Positions 61,583-64,000 of a stretch of 64,000 bases of DNA are shown here, in pieces. Source of the stretch: Paramoeba atlantica (taxonomy: Eukaryota > Protista > Discosea). The notes under the pieces are model-generated. The model ran no database searches. It was not told the DNA's origin and saw only the letters and a list, made by a program, of their open reading frames with translations. The stretch's first letter is position 1. Each line of letters opens with the position of its first letter. Position numbers and translations under genes: made by a program. The DNA lies in the NCBI GenBank assembly GCA_977017575.1, contig CDRNVI010000046.1:1-64000 (forward strand). Direction: 5' to 3'.

Positions 61583-63589
61583 TTAGTCTACCTCTTCAAC
61601 CTTGGGTCCCGAGCTCGCCGGTGGGGCTGGGGCGGCTCCCCCGGCACCTGGGAATCCCTCCGGCATTCCTCCAGGAAATCCCCCGGGCATCCCACCGGGA
61701 AACCCTCCCGGGGCTGCACCCTCCGCCCCTGGGGCGCCTCCACCCTGCTGGTACATCTTGGTCATGATGGGTGTGCATTTCTGCTCCAGCTCCTTCTGCC
61801 GCCCTTCGTACTCCTCCTTGCTCGCCTCCTGACTGGACTCAAGCCACTTGATGGTTTCCTCCACGGCATCGAGAAGGGTCTGCTTGTCGCCCGCGTCCAG
61901 CTTTCCCCCCACATTGGGGTCATTCGCGGTGTTCTTCATGCTGTACGCGTAGTTCTCGAGTCCGTTCTTCGCCTCGATACGCTCACGTTGCTTCCGGTCC
62001 TCCTCCTCGAACTTTGCGGACTCGTTCACCATGCGCTCGATCTCCTCCTTGCTGAGACGCCCCTTGTCGTTGGTGATGGTGATCTGGTTCTTCTTCCCCG
62101 TGCCCTTCTCCTCGGCGCTGACGTTCAGGATACCATTGGCGTCGATGTCAAACGTGACTTCGATTTGTGGCACCCCGCGCGGCGCGGGTGGAATTCCCGA
62201 GAGATCGAATGTGCCGAGAAGGTGGCAGTCGCGTGTCATCGCGCGCTCACCCTCGAACACCTGGATATGCACCCCCGGTTGGTTGTCGCTGTACGTGGAG
62301 AAGGTCTGGCTCTTCTTGGTCGGGATCGTCGTGTTGCGCTTGATCAGGGACGTCATGACACCCCCGGCGGTTTCGATACCCAACGTCAGCGGGGCGACAT
62401 CCAGGAGAAGAAGTCCCTCCGTCTGCTTACTCTTCCCGCCGGTGAGGATGTAGGCTTGCACCGCGGCACCGTACGCCACAGCCTCGTCCGGGTTAATACT
62501 CTTGTTGAGTTCCTTTCCGCCAAAGAAGTCGGAGACGAGCTGCTGCACTTTGGGAATACGAGTCGAACCACCGACCAGAACCACGTCGTGCACCGTGCGC
62601 TTGTCAATCTTCGCATCCGTCAGGACTTGTTCCACCGGCTTGAGTGTTGAGCGGAAGAGGTCCGCGCAAAGCTCCTCGAATCGCGCACGGGTGATGCTCG
62701 TGTAGAAGTCAATCCCCTCAAAAAGAGAGTCAATCTCCACGGAACTCTGAGCCGCGGAAGACAGAGTACGCTTGGCTCGCTCGCACGCGGTGCGAAGACG
62801 GCGTAGTGCTCGCTGGTTCTGCGACAGATCCTTCTTGTGCTTTCGCTTAAATTCCTCGACAAAGTGGTTCACGAGACGGTTGTCAAAGTCCTCACCACCG
62901 AGATGGGTGTCTCCCGCCGTGGCCTTGACCTCGAAGATTCCACCATCGATGGTGAGCAGAGTGACGTCAAAGGTGCCGCCTCCGAGATCAAAGATGAGTA
63001 CGTTCCGTTCTTGTTGGTCCGAGATCTTATCCAGGCCGTACGCAATCGCCGCCGCCGTGGGCTCGTTGATGATTCGAAGCACTTCCAGTCCGGCAATCGA
63101 GCCCGCGTCCTTCGTGGCCTGTCGTTGGGAGTCGTTGAAGTACGCCGGGACGGTGACCACCGCCTTCTTGACCTCCTTACCGAGATATGCCTCCGCAATC
63201 TCCTTCATCTTAATCAACACCATGGAGCTAATCTCCTCCGGCGTGAAGGTCTTTGCCTCGCCCTTGTACTGGACCTCCATCACGGGCTTCTCGTCCCCCT
63301 GGGAACGTACCTTAAAGGGCCAGTGCTTCATGTCGCTCTGAACAACGGAGTCGGAGATCTTACGCCCGATTAATCGCTTCGCATCAAACACACTGTTGGT
63401 CGGATTCATCGCTACCTGGTTCTTCGCGGCATCCCCAATCAGACGTTCAGTGTCCGTGAAGGCCACGTAGGACGGAGTCGTGTAGTTCCCCTGGTCATTC
63501 GCAATGATTACCACACGCTCGTTCTGCCACACCCCAACACAGGAGTAGGTGGTCCCGAGATCGATACCAATAGCTCCTTCGTACGTCAT
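61583..63589 (-). CDS. HSP70: Cytosolic HSP70, tandem copy 2
   Basis: Same protein sequence; repeat unit of 2366 bp. Confidence 0.99.
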   Translation of the reverse strand: MTYEGAIGIDLGTTYSCVGVWQNERVVIIANDQGNYTTPSYVAFTDTERLIGDAAKNQVAMNPTNSVFDAKRLIGRKISDSVVQSDMKHWPFKVRSQGDEKPVMEVQYKGEAKTFTPEEISSMVLIKMKEIAEAYLGKEVKKAVVTVPAYFNDSQRQATKDAGSIAGLEVLRIINEPTAAAIAYGLDKISDQQERNVLIFDLGGGTFDVTLLTIDGGIFEVKATAGDTHLGGEDFDNRLVNHFVEEFKRKHKKDLSQNQRALRRLRTACERAKRTLSSAAQSSVEIDSLFEGIDFYTSITRARFEELCADLFRSTLKPVEQVLTDAKIDKRTVHDVVLVGGSTRIPKVQQLVSDFFGGKELNKSINPDEAVAYGAAVQAYILTGGKSKQTEGLLLLDVAPLTLGIETAGGVMTSLIKRNTTIPTKKSQTFSTYSDNQPGVHIQVFEGERAMTRDCHLLGTFDLSGIPPAPRGVPQIEVTFDIDANGILNVSAEEKGTGKKNQITITNDKGRLSKEEIERMVNESAKFEEEDRKQRERIEAKNGLENYAYSMKNTANDPNVGGKLDAGDKQTLLDAVEETIKWLESSQEASKEEYEGRQKELEQKCTPIMTKMYQQGGGAPGAEGAAPGGFPGGMPGGFPGGMPEGFPGAGGAAPAPPASSGPKVEEVD

Positions 63590-63948
63590 CAAGTTAATAA
63601 TAAAATGGAGAGATATGCAAAAGCAATGAAGCTATAGAATTAAATACATTTGAATTCAAGTTCCAACTAACAGACGTAATAATGCCGTGATATTGGGCGC
63701 GTAGTGGTCTTTTTTAAAGAACATATTGAAGCCAAAGCGGTAAAAAACACGACGCACTCATTTGCTCCAAAGTTGTTAGAACCAAAGTACGCTAAACAAG
63801 GTCAAACTAAATTATTTTACCCCAATTTTCCGAATTACGCACAAATAATTGCGTGGTTTACATTGTTAAATAATTTATCTATCAAATATGTGATCCGAAA
63901 AGAAAAAAGGAAAACAAGCAACCCGTTGGAGCAGTCCTAACCCTTGAT

Positions 63949-64000
63949 TTAGTCTACCTCTTCAACCTTGGGTCCCGAGCTCGCCGGTGGGGCTGGGGCG
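63949..64000 (-). CDS. HSP70: Cytosolic HSP70, tandem copy 3 (3' end only, runs off window)
   Basis: Encodes ...[10 protein letters not shown] at the 2366-bp period. Confidence 0.95.
   Translation of the reverse strand, partial: APAPPASSGPKVEEVD

Noticed and set aside
59230-63373. Plus-strand ORFs of 140-220 aa over HSP70
   Set aside because: Antisense shadows of GC-rich HSP70 codons, duplicated only because the gene is duplicated.

Overview
Intron-less eukaryotic window, almost certainly from a kinetoplastid. This is an inference from the kinetoplastid-type HSP70, the KAP-like genes, a kinetoplastid spliced-leader motif and the single-strand gene run; an early-branching lineage such as Perkinsela is possible but unproven. 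All recognisable host genes lie on the minus strand, like one polycistronic unit: two KAP-like HMG proteins, an LMW-PTP-like protein, a WD40-like protein, ISU1, a DnaJ protein, an AT-hook protein, Alba, a coiled-coil protein, Maf, ESF1, ferredoxin, NAT10 and a tandem HSP70 array. Two mobile-element islands interrupt them (about 1-16.8 kb and 33.7-52.3 kb). The islands hold two near-full-length RLE-type non-LTR retrotransposons plus a 3' fragment, a VIPER/TATE-like tyrosine-recombinase retroelement nested inside a Harbinger/ISL2EU-like transposase, a rearranged Tc1, several MITE families, tRNA-headed structured RNAs and chained palindromes. The standout signal is at the 5' ends of the non-LTR elements. 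Element 1 begins with a 35-nt spliced-leader exon copy, the length expected for SL positions 5-39 (missing the cap-4 nucleotides). Element 2 carries what looks like a tandem SL relict. Together these suggest retrotransposition through trans-spliced RNA, with re-splicing at the AG inside the SL.
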